From Octopus bimaculoides (Eukaryota), in contig NC_068989.1 of assembly GCF_001194135.2 (NCBI RefSeq), forward strand, positions 6,623,569 through 6,687,568: DNA of 64,000 bases, in the 5' to 3' direction. The notes under the pieces are model-generated. The model did not search any database. It was not told the DNA's origin and worked only from the letters and a program-made list of their open reading frames with translations. Position numbers and translations under genes: made by a program. This document shows positions 1 through 13,554 of this stretch, piece by piece; within the stretch, counting starts at the first letter, position 1; each line of letters begins with the position of its first letter.

Positions 1-26
1 AATGCTTAGCGACATATTATCATTAA

Positions 27-237
27 GACGGTGAACTGGCAAAATCATTAGCACCCCGGGTGAAATGCTTAGTGGTACTTCGTCTGTCTCCATGTTTTGA
101 GTTCAAATTCCGCCGGGGTCGACTTTGCCTTTCATTCTTTCGGGGTCGGTAAATTAAGTACCAGGAGAGAACTGGGGTCGATGTGACCGACTTAGTCCCT
201 CCTCCAAAATTTCAGGCCTTGTGCCTATAATAGAAAG
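27..237 (+). mobile_element. SINE family A (tRNA-like head; core GTCGACTTTGCCTTTCATCCTTTCGGGGTCGATAAATTAAGTACC)
   Basis: Matches the many other copies in the window; B-box-like GAGTTCAAATTCC. Confidence 0.92.
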
Positions 238-732
238 GACTATCACTATTACTACGCATTTCCTCTCTTCGCTTTTTTGCTTTCCGTCTCATATTCCAAT
301 CCATGTACGCACATTTTTCCCGTTCTCCTTGTCCATCAACGTGACCCACTAAGTTTTCGGAATCCGAAACCAGTGATTTTTTTTAAACTAGAAAAGCAAA
401 CTTCTTACCAGAGAGCCTTGTCCTCGCTCAGCTGATTGACATAAATCTAGTACTGCGCAGCCTTTTATAGCTTTCGATTGAAATCCTCTGACATAACTGA
501 ATATCTAGCTCTGTTGCACACCCACTCCCTGCACACTCATGATACTGCAAGAGAAGAACAACGTCTTCAGCGACGCTTCTCCTCCGCTGTGCTGGGTATG
601 GAAATAAGTTCGATCCGTAGAGAAGCGCATAAGTAAAAATCACATAGAATCGATATCCACTCATTTGATTATTAATGTTAAATGCACTGGGTGTGTGTCA
701 GACATAATAGAGCACCATATTAGAAGCCTTAG

Positions 733-860
733 GGTATTTAACATTTTTGTTTAAAGTTCTAAGATCAAATAACGCCGGGATCGACTTTCCCATTCATCTC
801 TCTGGAGTCGATAAGATAAACACCGGGCATGTACAAAGGATGACTCAGTAGATTATTCCT
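733..860 (+). mobile_element. SINE A, old diverged fragment
   Basis: Diverged core ATCGACTTTCCCATTCATCTCTCTGGAGTCGATAA. Confidence 0.6.
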
Positions 861-1508
861 CACTCTAGAATAATCACTGGTTTTGTATCAATATAAGAAA
901 TCATTAATTACAGCAACAGATTTTACAGTAACTTTCCGATACACACATTTATCATCGAGGTCAAACTATATTTTAATATATTATACTTCGTCTCGTATTA
1001 TACACTTTTGCTTATTTTCTGTTTCCCATACGAAAAATTGTTCTAATCTTTTAAATAGTAATCAGTTTGAAATTTACTAAGAAATGAGAAGATTATATTT
1101 TTAAAAGATTTAGTCATGAACAGCTTTTATTTAGCTTCTCATTTGAATTATATTTTTGTTTTTCAAATGTTTCTCAACGTGAGATATTCTTGCTTGAGGA
1201 CTGTTCTGCTTGTTGCTATTAGACAGTGGGAGTCAGCTTATAGCCATGCATTTTAAACGATTTTAAATATCTACGAAATTTTGTCTCTTGTGTTTCCCGA
1301 CAGATTATCTCTTACATGCAAAGTCTATTATGCTGCATTGTTTTAGATTAGTGCTGACACAGTCAATAAACGAATTGAAATTTAACTGTCCAAGTTCAAA
1401 CAAAAGAGAGACTAAATTGTTATTGACATGTTGTATTGGTTCGGAGTTGTAGTGACAATTGTAGCATCGCTCAAGTATTTTTTTCGATTATTTTAATCAT
1501 TAAAAATT

Positions 1509-1910
1509 GTTTTTCGTTGCTTCAATCATTAGAAGGCAGCCATGCTTTGTCACCGCCTTGAAAAAGTTTTATACGAATGAGCCGAACTCTGTACCTTTAA
1601 TTTATTTTCTCAAATTCTGGTACTTTTTCTACGGTGTCAATTTTGAAACGTCTAAGTTATGGAGACATAACCACACCGACACCGGTTGTGTAGTGAGGAC
1701 AGCGGACGAACACAGACACAAAAACACACACAACACACACACACATTTTTTTTTTACTACGAGCTTTTTTCAATTTTCGTCTACTAAATCCACCGAGTAA
1801 GCTTTGCTCGGCCCGACGCTATAGTAAAAATCACTTGTCGAAGGTACGACCCATTGGGACTGAACCCGGAACCATGTGGTTTGAAAGCCACTTATTACCA
1901 CATAGACATC
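1509..1910 (-). mobile_element. SINE family B (tRNA-like head, CACCTTGGGCAAG CORE-like box, internal microsatellite)
   Basis: Reverse complement aligns with the full-length plus copy at 18546-18958. Confidence 0.9.
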
Positions 1911-1920
1911 GTTTACTTTT

Positions 1921-2372
1921 ATTTATCTTTTAGGTGTTTCATTGGACTGCGGCCATGCTGCAGCACCGCCTTGAAGGGTTTAGTCGAATAAACTGCCCCC
2001 ACTACGTATTTGAAATTATCGTACTTATTCTATCAGTGACATCCTGCCGAGCCACTAAGTTACAGAGACATTAATAAACCAACAGCAGCTGTCACGTGTT
2101 GGGGGATTAACACAAACACAAAGATATCCCTCGCACACACACATATTTATATATGAATATATATATATATATACATTCATATGTAGACGTGTGTGTGGGG
2201 GGGGGGGACAGGTTTCCGTGCAGTCTCCGTCCACCAAATTCATTCACAGGGCATAAGTCGGGGTTCAGTGCCATAATAAAAGAAATACACTTGCTCAAGG
2301 TGCCGCACTGTGGGGCTGAGTCCAAAACGAATATGATTGTAAGGCATGCGCCTTAGCCCACTAGCCATGTCT
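1921..2372 (-). mobile_element. SINE B
   Basis: As above; adjacent to the preceding copy. Confidence 0.9.
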
Positions 2373-3716
2373 AATATGGATATATTATCTTTTTGTTCTC
2401 TATTCAAGATTAATTGCATTTTCTCTCTAAGCAGTCTGGAATTCTCAACATGAAACAACTGATATTTCTCCCTCCGCCTCCACTGATTGCTGACTATCCG
2501 GTATATATTTGAATGCAAAATGACGTTTACTGAAATTGAAATATCCATGTCTTTTATCTAAGAAGAGGATGGTATACTCATTTATTGCAAGAGAGGAGAG
2601 CTGCATGAAGGGGAGATAACAACACTATTTCATTTTCCGTTGGTGACTATTCGGCTTCTCTTTGTGCTTTCGTTGAAAAATTTCAGTTTTTAGAAATTAG
2701 AAAATGGATCTTAAAAGCACCAAAAACAAGGAATGAAAGGTAAATAAATTAATAGCGCTTTACACGAGGAGAATACGGACTCTTAATTACAGGTTGAATA
2801 CTTTTTTGATATTCTATAATTAATATGAATTTGATTCGCTTTATACACTTTATATTTTAATTTGTGTATCTATTTTGTCTTGTGTATTTCTTGAAAGGTG
2901 TGTGTGTTTGCATGATTCTATCATTTGATCTTAAATTAATCTTAGAAAAGTCGTTTTTGATAAGTACTCGTTTCCTTCGTGAATGTTTTTGCTTTTTTGT
3001 TTTTCGCCAGTTTGTTTATGAAGAATCCAAACGCTCTGCAAGAATGTGAATTATCACTGACAACGCCAACATCAAGATTAATGGTCTATTGAATTCAGAG
3101 AAGAATTACATTTCAAGAAGTAACATTTTCAAAGAAAATTTCATAGTTTGTACGCAGCTGTTGTTGTCTGTATAGCAAAATCAAAGCTGTGTGTAGATGT
3201 TAGGGGGGAATTAAATCATATGAACAATGGTTTAAAGTGTGTAATCTTGGAAGAATAACTTTTCTTTATTCCATGCTCAAGGCTGAACATTCTAAATTTA
3301 TTTCTGTCTTATTCCTTCTATTCGATGCCTTTTTCAGGATTAATTCCATTTTCTCATTTCTACGAGCTAAAATTTATCAACCTGAGCACAAAGAAAACTG
3401 GCAACATCTCTGGCTTGATACTGTGTATACAATATTCCTCTGCATCTCGTTCACTTCGCCTTTTCCTGCAGTAAATAAGTCAAACCAGATTTTATTTAAA
3501 TAAAAGGGCTCGAGAATATGAATTTCAACGAAACGATTCATGAGCATAAATTAAACCTGATGTTCTCCAGAGAAACTGCGGTCGCTATTTGCAGTAAATT
3601 TTTGGTTTGGAGGAACTGGAGAAGGAATTCATTTCTGACCAGGTCACAACACTGAAGGAAGATCCGGGAAATGTAGAACACGCACGCGCGCACGCACACA
3701 CACGCGCGCGCGCGCA

Positions 3717-3870
3717 TATGGCTGGGTGGTAAGAAGATTTCGTTTCAATCACACGGTTCTCAGGACAGTTCCACTACGTGGCATCTTGGGCAAGTTTCTT
3801 CTAATATAATTTCGGGCTAACCAAAGCCCTTTGAGTGGACTTGGTAAACGGAAACTGAAACACATCATAT
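3717..3870 (+). mobile_element. SINE B, 5' half
   Basis: Head plus GGCATCTTGGGCAAG, ending in a TA/TG/CA tract. Confidence 0.85.
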
Positions 3871-3907
3871 ATATATGTGTGTGCGTGTGCGTGTGCGTGT
3901 GCAGTGT

Positions 3908-3938
<31 letters not shown>

Positions 3939-4206
3939 GGAAGAGAGAGCATGAGAGAGAGAAAGAGACAGAAAAGCGAAGTGCGCTACAAACTATTATA
4001 CAAACTATCATAATGAGTTCGAGCCACGTTACATCCTCACTGTAGTAGTATATTGTAGCTTATCGCGCACCAATAGAGTTCCGAGCTATCATGTAGGGGA
4101 AAGAGACACATATAGTCTAAAAGAATAACGAAAGAAGAGATTATTGGTATTTCAATGATTTCATTACAGCCGTTTCAATATTCTATAATCAGAACCTCAT
4201 TACCGT

Positions 4207-4556
4207 CTGCCTGCTTCAGTCATTGGACTGCGGCCAAGCAGGTGCACCACCTTGACGGCTTTAGATAAAGAAATCGAATCCATTACATGTTTTTAATGTG
4301 ATATTTATTCTATCGACTTCTTTTGCCCTACCGTGAGCTTACGGGAAAATAACCTAACCGGTACAACTTTTGAAGCGGTCGTAAGGGACTCACAAACTTA
4401 AAGATACACACACGTATACATATATACACACATACACTCATACACGACCAGGTCAATGGTTGAAGTCACTTGCCCAAGGCTCTTTACAGTGGGACAAACC
4501 CCGAAACCATGTGGTTGCAAGCGTGCTTCCTAAGCACAAAGTCATGTCTGTGCCTT
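4207..4556 (-). mobile_element. SINE B
   Basis: TTCAGTCATTGGACTGCGGCC tail and CACTTGCCCAAGG box. Confidence 0.88.
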
Positions 4557-5173
4557 GAACGAAAATAATCAATAATCGGTAATTATATATATATATATAT
4601 ATAATCGAAGCACCTTAAACCTTATATATATATATATATATTATATATATATATATATAGACACGTGTTATGCATCTATCAATGATAGGAAGAATGAGGG
4701 GAAAGGGTGAAATGACGACAAGTGTAATTAATGATATAAACGATTGACCAGAAGAATCTATCACAATTTAGGTTATATGATTAAGGAGTGACGGTGACAT
4801 ATGTAAAAGGTAGGTCACTGGAATAAACTGACGCATAGCATAAAGTAAAAATAAAAGCAAAAACAAAAGTGGTTAAATTGGTAAAAGAAAAAAATATATT
4901 TAAGTAGAACGAAGGACATAGGGCAATGAAACACGCAGACAAATCAAAATAAAACAAAATTGTATTGGTGAGATCAAAGAATATGCCGGAAGAATACGAA
5001 GTCGTAAAGTCTTTTCATCCATTAAGTTGTAAGGTGTTGAAGGAAACACAAGGGACCAACAACTACACACACACACTTGTGAACACAAACATGTATACTG
5101 GTATATAGCATCTACACACATACATGTACGAACACACAATAGTTATTTCCATACACACGCACACACACATGTT

Positions 5174-5262
<89 letters not shown>

Positions 5263-5806
5263 ATATATATGTAATTATATACGTATGCATGTATATACGT
5301 ACACAAACATGCATATATGGACTAATAATGTGTATATAAATGTGCACATAATGGCGCAGATATATAATATACTTAGATAATAGCTACATATACAAACACA
5401 GACACACACATACTTACGTATACACGTGTGCGTATTTAGAACTACACAGACATTTATGAGAACAATCAAAGACACACGCCACCTATAGGACGAATACGGA
5501 ATTTTATTTGGTTTTGGCAATGTTTTTTTCCATTACGTATGGTACCCAGGTGGCTATTTTAATCTTATATTGCTTCTGCTGCATATAACGAATTTGTGTT
5601 CAGCCAGGCGGCTCTTTTGCTACATCAGTGATTGTTTGTTTCCTATTTCCCGATAGCGATAGCTAAAGATTTCGATTTTGTATGAGACTGGCTGTAAGTA
5701 CAAGCAACTGACAACGCCCAACGAAACAGAAATACGTATCTAGTCTTTCCGCCGGTTGCCGGACGATTTTAGCCTGTTTCCGATATACTGTATTTAATGT
5801 AATAAT

Positions 5807-6020
5807 CTTCTCTACTCTAGGCACAAGGCCCGAAATTTTGGTGGACGTGGCTAGTCGATTAGATCGACTCCAGTGCGTAACTGGTACTTAATTTATCGAC
5901 CCCGAAAGGATGAAAGGCAAAGTCGGCCTCGGTGGAATTTTGAACTCAGAACGTAAAGACAGACGAAATACCGCTAAGCATTTCGCCCGGCGTGCTAACG
6001 TTTCTGCCAGCACGCCGCTT
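5807..6020 (-). mobile_element. SINE A, young full monomer
   Basis: Close match to the other well-preserved copies. Confidence 0.95.
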
Positions 6021-6511
6021 TATCACAGTTAAGAATTGAGAATTTCAGTATATCTTATACTAATTCAGTTATAATAAAAAAGATGTCATAAATATATTAG
6101 TAACTTCTCTTCATATATCATAGCTTTATAATAATCACTAGAGTTGATTTTATTCTAGTTTTGGAATAGAAACGGTGTCGATAATAACTTAAGGCAACTC
6201 TATTCATTAGCTGTCTCACAAGAAGACTCGAACAAACGAAATTCATACATTTTAAAGTGTTAGTCGTAATTGTATTGAAAATGCTATCAGCTCTGCAGCA
6301 ACTGTTACTGTCATTTAAAAACTGAACAATGCCTCTCTGTTGTATTAATGTGCACGTAGGTCGATTGAACTACAGAAATTTTACTCTTTCCACCATAAAG
6401 ACGGAACAGAGATTTTCATAGGTTATATATCACTAGCACCTTATTTATCCACCCGAATCTCAAGTTGAGCGACTGTGTTGTATCCATTCTCATCCATACG
6501 TATATCATTAC

Positions 6512-6559
<48 letters not shown>

Positions 6560-6672
6560 NNNNNNNNNNTTCGAAATTATCCCTAATTTTGTGGTGTAGA
6601 GCTTTGGCTGCTCTTTCTAGCGGGTCAGATGTCCTTTTATAGGCATCTCTAATGTGTATTAAATGTACACTG

Positions 6673-6703
<31 letters not shown>

Positions 6704-6704
<1 letters not shown>

Positions 6705-6904
6705 TTTCTTTTACTTGTTTCAGTCATTTGACTGCGGCCATGCTGGGGCACCGCCTTTCATCGAACAAATCGACACAGGACTTATTCTCTGTACGTATAG
6801 TACCTATTCTATCGGTCTCCTTTACCGAATCGCTACATTACGGGGAAGTAAATACACCAACATCAGTTGTCAAGCGATGGTGAGGGGACAAACACAAACA
6901 CAAA

Positions 6905-6950
<46 letters not shown>
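6704..6950 (-). mobile_element. SINE B, 3' half running into (TG)n and a gap
   Basis: Tail TTTTACTTGTTTCAGTCATTTGACTGCGGCC. Confidence 0.9.
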
Positions 6951-6960
6951 NNNNNNNNNN

Positions 6961-7011
<51 letters not shown>

Positions 7012-7599
7012 CATTCTGACGCATTTTCAACTTTTTCTCAGATAGTTACACGTACAAACACACATACATTGGTACGTATCGTGAAGTGACTTGTGACAGG
7101 GTACCTACATGTGTATGCATATAGACACGTGAATAAACACGCGCACACACACACACACATATGCACACACACATACGCACACAGAGATCTACACACGTGC
7201 GCACGTACACACACACGCACAGCATATATGGTGTGGCCGAGACATTAGAAAACCGCCCGTCGTTTTCCTAATGCGGTTCAGTGTAATTCACACGCATATG
7301 TCAGGTCCAAACTGGTCAACCAAATTTGCAGAGATAACAGGGTTTTTTTCACCATCTCGGTACATATTGCAATGCCTGCTGCGCAAAATCAAGTCGAGGA
7401 CACTTGATGAAATTCCAATTTCTATATAACTCCGACTGTCGATGGTTTGTTTGTTTTTGTTTGTTTGTTTTTTAGGCATTTACTTAAAGAAAGAAACCAA
7501 CCGCTAAGTCATGCACTGATTTATGTTGTGATAAAGTTTAAATTAGTTTCAGTTCTATCATATGTCAGTAAAAACATGCTACAGTGTATGAGGAGGCGA

Positions 7600-7950
7600 A
7601 GATGAAGGAAGAGCCAGAGGAGGAGGTGGAAGAAGCGGAACGGCGACAGTGATGATAAAGGCAACAACAACAGCGATGATGATAACGGTAATGATGATGA
7701 TGATGATGGCGACGATTATAACGACGATGACGATGATGAGGATGATGACGATGACGATTACGACGAATACGATGACGATGACAATGACAATGACGACGAT
7801 GACAATGACGACGATGACGATGATGACGATGATCGTCATCTTCGATTTTCTTCTCATGGAGATGCAAAAACAGAAACTAACGTTGATGATGGTGGTGGTG
7901 ATGGAGGAGACGGTAGTAATACTGCTTCAGTGATGAAGCTAGCGATGACG
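7600..7950. repeat. Degenerate (GAT/GAC)n trinucleotide block
   Basis: Directly visible. Confidence 0.92.
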
Positions 7951-8139
7951 ATCATGCGTAAGCCAGTATGAGAGAGAGAGGGGGGAGAGAGACTGTGTGT
8001 GTTTGGTATTTCGAGAGAGAGAGAGAGAGTTCCAAAAGATAAAACCTCAAGTTGAATAAGTTTACTGCAAGAGACCCGTTTTTGGAAAGTCGAAATCCCT
8101 TCCAACTTCATGTCGTAATATATTCTTAAAATGTATCCT

Positions 8140-8660
8140 TTCAAATATTACTCCTTATAGAAACACGCAGAAACTCTTAAAGTATCCAGGGAGGGTCATG
8201 TAGCCAATAATAAACACATGCACTGGTTCTATTTAGCCTCTTTATTTTATATTTGTCAATTGGTTAAGTATATAGCCAATTGACTTAGTGTTTTTGATCA
8301 CTCATTCGGTCAATCAATCACTTAATCATTCAGGATTTTTAAATTCGTTTCGTCACCATTCGCAACATTTTCAACGATTTGTGCTCTGACATGAAGCGAA
8401 CCTGGAGTAGAGAATGCATGACGTTGATTAGTTCGCGAACAGCAACGAAGAAACTGACAAATCTAGTTTGATTGATTCACCGAAAGACTAATCAAACAAT
8501 CCATTAGTTTATTGGCTAAATAATTAGCAAATTGACAAATCAAAGTAAATAAGTGAAATAGAACCGGTGCGTGTAATTATTGTTGGTATAAAGACCCTCT
8601 CAAGATATAACAAAACATGTTTGAATATCCGATTTTACATCAAGAATCTTAGAAGCCAAA
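8140..8660. repeat. Long imperfect palindrome, family copy 1 (homologous to 17950-18400)
   Basis: Arms ~8183-8365 vs ~8430-8608 are reverse-complementary. The right flank CCCTC..AGATAYAACAAAA..ACATCAAGAATCT is shared with 18318-18372. Confidence 0.75.
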
Positions 8661-9062
8661 TACAATAATGAAGAAATTTTTCAAGAAATATTTTCTCTTT
8701 ATTTTCTTCAATTTCTTCTCTTCTGAGCTTCCATAATAATTTTCTAGAACTCTCTTTCTTGGATTCTTATTTTTAATTTCAATATTTCTTTCTCATGCAT
8801 AATTTTCTTCACAATAAGTATATGCTATTTTTCTTTTGGTTTCTTATGTACTTGATATTCAGCAAACGCGTTAAATTTTTCGCCAATCTTTTTCTTTGTA
8901 ATAAAGATTGTTTCATTATCACATACGATGATGATGATGATGATCGACTTTCTGCTGCGTTTCCATCCAATTCTTTTATATCTGATTCTGATTCTTGCTG
9001 GAGTTTTGGATACTTTCCAAGTTTCTTTAGCTATGCAAGTTCTACTACAAAGCACTGAAAGC

Positions 9063-9263
9063 TTTCTCCTACAGGCACAAAACCTGAAATTTGAGGGTTG
9101 AGTCAAGTCGATTTCATACACTCCACGACCCAGTACTCATTTTACCGGCGCCGAAAGAATGAAGAAAGTTGAGCCCGGTGGGGTTCGAACTCAGAACGTA
9201 GAAGGACAAAATAACTTTAAGCATATTGTCCGAGCTGTTAACCATTCTGCCAGCTCGCCGCCT
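9063..9263 (-). mobile_element. SINE A
   Basis: Diverged core and head. Confidence 0.85.
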
Positions 9264-9420
9264 TCTATAATAATAAACGCGAAATTCTGTCTGTCCGTCT
9301 GAGACCCCTGTATCTCAGCCTACATTTGCTCTACACAGACATATTATACCTTTTTGAAATCAGAATGATCCCAGGATTGAAAATTTGCCCTTGATTTGGT
9401 TCTTGAACATCCAGCATTGG
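9264..9420 (+). mobile_element. Possible non-autonomous Helitron-like 5' end
   Basis: TCTATAATAATAAACGCGAAA..GTCTGTCCGTCTG resembles Helitron-derived 5' ends. No 3' hairpin/CTRR end identified. Confidence 0.3.
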
Positions 9421-9808
9421 GATCTGATTTAAAGGCATTTGGGTTGCTATTTCTAGCAGGTAAAGCATAGCTCATTCATGTTATCTCGCTTGGCGTTTGT
9501 CAGAGGACGACATTCGCTTCATTAATTTTACGTCAAGATAAGAAATTTTGGACAAATTGGCCAACAGTTGGAATTGAACTTGAGACTGAAACAATACAAT
9601 GATTGCATTAGAGAATTCATTCTCATCCGTCTTTAACCTCTCATCAAATACCACCAGGTCATATGGTCATTATAGATGTATTATAGTCATGCTACTTAGC
9701 TCTCTTTAGTTTTGGGCCTCAGGCCCAAGTAATCCTCCACAGGGGCTATCTTAAAAGTCCGTACGGAGTGCAGCTTTTAAGCTAGTTGTAAAATAATAAT
9801 GATAATAA

Positions 9809-10170
9809 TGGCTTCAAATTTTGGCACAAGGCCAGCAATTACGGTGGAGGGGATAAGTGGACTACATCGATTCCAGTGCTGAAGTGGTACATATTTTATC
9901 GACTCTGAGGGATTAAAGGCAGAGTCGACCTCGGCGGAACTTTAACTCGAATATAAACGTAATAAAAACAACAATAATAATAATCTTTTCCACTCTAGGC
10001 ACAAGGCCCAAAATTTTTGGGGAGGGGGCCAGTCGATCACATTGATTCTAGTACGCAACTGGTACTTTATGTATCGATCCCGAAAGGATGAAAGGCAAAG
10101 TCGACCTCGGCGGAATTTAAACTCAGAACGTAAAGACAGACGAAATACCGCCAAGCGTTTTGCCCGGTGG
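9809..10170 (-). mobile_element. Two adjacent SINE A copies separated by a (TAA)-like tract
   Basis: Cores at ~9900-9950 and ~10075-10125. Confidence 0.92.
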
Positions 10171-10461
10171 CGATGATGATGGTGATGTTGATAATAATAA
10201 TTATAATAAAAGGGTATAACAGAAATTGTCACAGTGTCACAGGCTAACTGATTACCCAAATTTTTCCGATATAGATTAAAAAGCCAGATCCTTATTCACC
10301 CGTATTTCTTTCGTAGTTGATGTTAGTTTCCTTTGATAGATTGTCTTAGTCCACCAGGTGTTATAAGAGGAATAGGATCAAGTCTGCAAAACAAACTACT
10401 TTATGTCATCTTTCCGACTTCCGCAACGTGAAAAAAAAAAAGAAGAAATACGTTCACAGAT

Positions 10462-10492
<31 letters not shown>

Positions 10493-10864
10493 GAGTCCTA
10501 TGGATTGGTTGATCTAAGAAAAGGTCATTTTACTCTTCGACATACTTGTCCTCTTAATCAAGTATCATTTGGAACCGAAAGTACATGTTCAAAGAGATTT
10601 CTGGCATTCACAAACTTTTACTAAAGATCGATGACAGAACCTTGACATTAATAAATCAGTTGGTTCTTCACCAATTTCAAATGCAGAGAGTCGCCAGAAG
10701 CAGGTTTTATCCCATACAATTTTTTCAAAGGATCTTACTCTGTTTCCCAATTATGATCTTGTTTAATCTAATTTTTTTTCTTTTTTGTAAAAATGCAAAA
10801 AATTCATTTTTGTTTTATTTGTCACCTTAAACAAATCCCATTTAGAACCCAGCTAGTGTATTAC

Positions 10865-10933
<69 letters not shown>

Positions 10934-11644
10934 CATCATCATCATTATTGGTAGCATTTCTTTCGGATCTTTGCGATCTGAGTTCGAACTGCGTCGAAGG
11001 TGACTGCTTTTCCTTCTTTCGAGATCGATGAAATATGTACCAGGTGAACACCGAGATCGGGGTAATCGACTAAATACCTGACCCTAAATCGATCTCCTAA
11101 CTTTGCTGCCAAAATTAGAGACAGTTGTCATCATCATCATCATCGTCGTCGCTGTTGTTGTAACAAATATTCTTTTCATCAACTTCACCGACATCTTCGT
11201 CATCATTGCCGCCTCCCTCATCATCATCATCGGGTACTAAAATTTTCGAGCGTCTTCATGTTAACTTTGCAAAAGGTTGGATTTTATCAGGAGATATCCA
11301 ATGATGAAATTTTTCCTTCATTTTGTGTATATTTTGTTTGATTTTGCAACGTTGTAATATTTACCTTAGTCCCATAGCTAGAGAAAAGGTATGTCTTGTA
11401 GATAATTATATTATAATGGTTAATTGGTCCTGAAACTGCAAAAAGCCCTAGCTAATGAGGGACACATGGTGTTCCATCGACCGGGTCTGAGAATTTGGAC
11501 GGACATAGTTAATCTTTAAGACAATGAATGCTGTGATGTGATTCGGAGAGCTTATCTATCACACGTCCGTACACAGCCTGGCGTCTCTGTATATGTAAGA
11601 ACAAAATATTGGTATCGCGGTAAGTAAAAAAACAGTGAGGATGA

Positions 11645-11730
11645 TACTGATACTCATTCTATCGACCCCGAAAGGATGAAGGGCAAAATCGACCTCGGCT
11701 TTTTGCCCGGCGGGCTAACGATTCTGCTGC
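11645..11730 (-). mobile_element. SINE A, internally deleted
   Basis: ATCGACCCCGAAAGGATGAAGGGCAAAATCGACCTCGG joined to TTTTGCCCGG. Confidence 0.85.
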
Positions 11731-12699
11731 TTTGCATTTACCGTATGTTCACTAAAGAAAATGGCCTAATATTAGGGACATTAATCTAATATTAGGGATC
11801 GTATGCCCTAATATTAGATAATTTCCCATAGCCAATATACAGCGAAGGCATATAATTTTATTTACACAGTTTCCCTCGCCACCGTTTCCCAACTCACGCG
11901 GAATTCGCACATGTTTACACACCGATAGTCTTTCGTCATCCGAAGCACGTTAACCCAGTGGGCACGTGATGCATCCTTGTCTTGTCCATGACAGAAGGCA
12001 TACCACAATAGAAGCACCAGCTTCTAGTTCTAGCTGTAGGAAACCGTTCAAGTCGTAGGATGCTTTTCTGTAAGCTTGGTTGCAACTCTGATGTGCGTTG
12101 CCTTATTTCTTTTTATTTGTTGTATTTACATGCATTTTTATTTATGTATTTATATATTCATTCATTTATTTCTCTATTTTATCATCATTTTTGATACAGT
12201 ACAGCGTTTCTTGCTTTCGCCTATTGTATTTAAATAATTATGTGTGTGCAATCCTGTAAATCATGTGACTCATTTTTGTAACAAGTTCTGGTGTGAATGT
12301 TCGAAAGTTTGTGGAAAAATAAATAAAAAATATTATCATTGTTGTTGTTGTAGTTGTTTAACAATGCGTCACGTATTTTGCCGCTCAAAAAGTTTGGAAA
12401 AAAAAGAATTTACGATCAGCACATTCAGTTTTATTATTGTATATTATCGTTGCACATCTTGTAACGGAAGTGATCGTGAAAATAAATACTCGTTGGCAAA
12501 ATACTTAAAAATATTATCAAATTCACAAGCGGTTTCTTATGAGGGAGGTGAGCGACAAGGAAGTGAGAATGCAGAGCAAATCATGCAAGGGAAACACCCC
12601 TATATTATTACAACGGAGAACTGCTCTTCTATGGAAGAAAGTAAGAAGAATATATATAAACATAGATATTATGCACACACACACACACACATATATATA

Positions 12700-12914
12700 T
12701 ACACGTATATACATATATAATATACATATATATATAACATATTATACATACATATACATATAAATATATTATATACGTATATATTATATACAAACATATA
12801 TATATATATTATATACATATATATATATATATATATTATACAGATATATGTATATATATATTATACAGATATATGTATATATATATTATACAGACATGTA
12901 TGTGTATAATGCAG

Positions 12915-12966
<52 letters not shown>

Positions 12967-13440
12967 CAGATATATGTATATTATACAAATATTTGTATAT
13001 ATATATATTATACAAATATATGTATATATATATATTATACAAATATATGTATATATATATTATACAAATATATGTATATATATATTATACAAATGGATAT
13101 ATATATATATATTATACAAATGGATATATATATATATATTATACAAATGTATATATATATATATATATTATACAAATGTATATATATATATATATATATT
13201 ATACAAATGTATATATATANNNNNNNNNNATGTATATATATATATATATATATTATACAAATGTATATATATATATATTATACAAATGTATATATATATA
13301 TATATTATACAAATATATATATATATATATATTATACAAATATATGTATATATATATTATACACATGTATATAATATACATATAATACATACATATCATA
13401 TACATATTATACACATTATATTGTTATATATGTGTATATA
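12700..13440. repeat. Compound (TA)n array punctuated by TTATACAAATG
   Basis: Directly visible. Confidence 0.95.
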
Positions 13441-13554
13441 ACAGCAGAACAGACACCTGCGCCAACATCACGCCTCACCATATGAACAAGAACACCAACA
13501 ACAGTACAATAACAATAATAATGCCAATGTAGCAGGAACTATAAAAGCTGTAGT

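Noticed and set aside
3556-3584. CTGATGT-TCTCCAGA-GAAAC-TGCG-GTC hammerhead-like string
   Set aside because: A9 missing, helix II loop too short, no helix I, and no palindromic or repeat context.
3338-3678. Protein-like frame with several stops (GLIPFSHFYELK..EELEKEFISDQ)
   Set aside because: No recognisable family; four stops are compatible with random AT-rich sequence.
12244-12720. 158-aa ORF with Cys clusters
   Set aside because: The Cys run comes from a (TGT)n tract and the tail from TA/CA repeats; no domain recognised.
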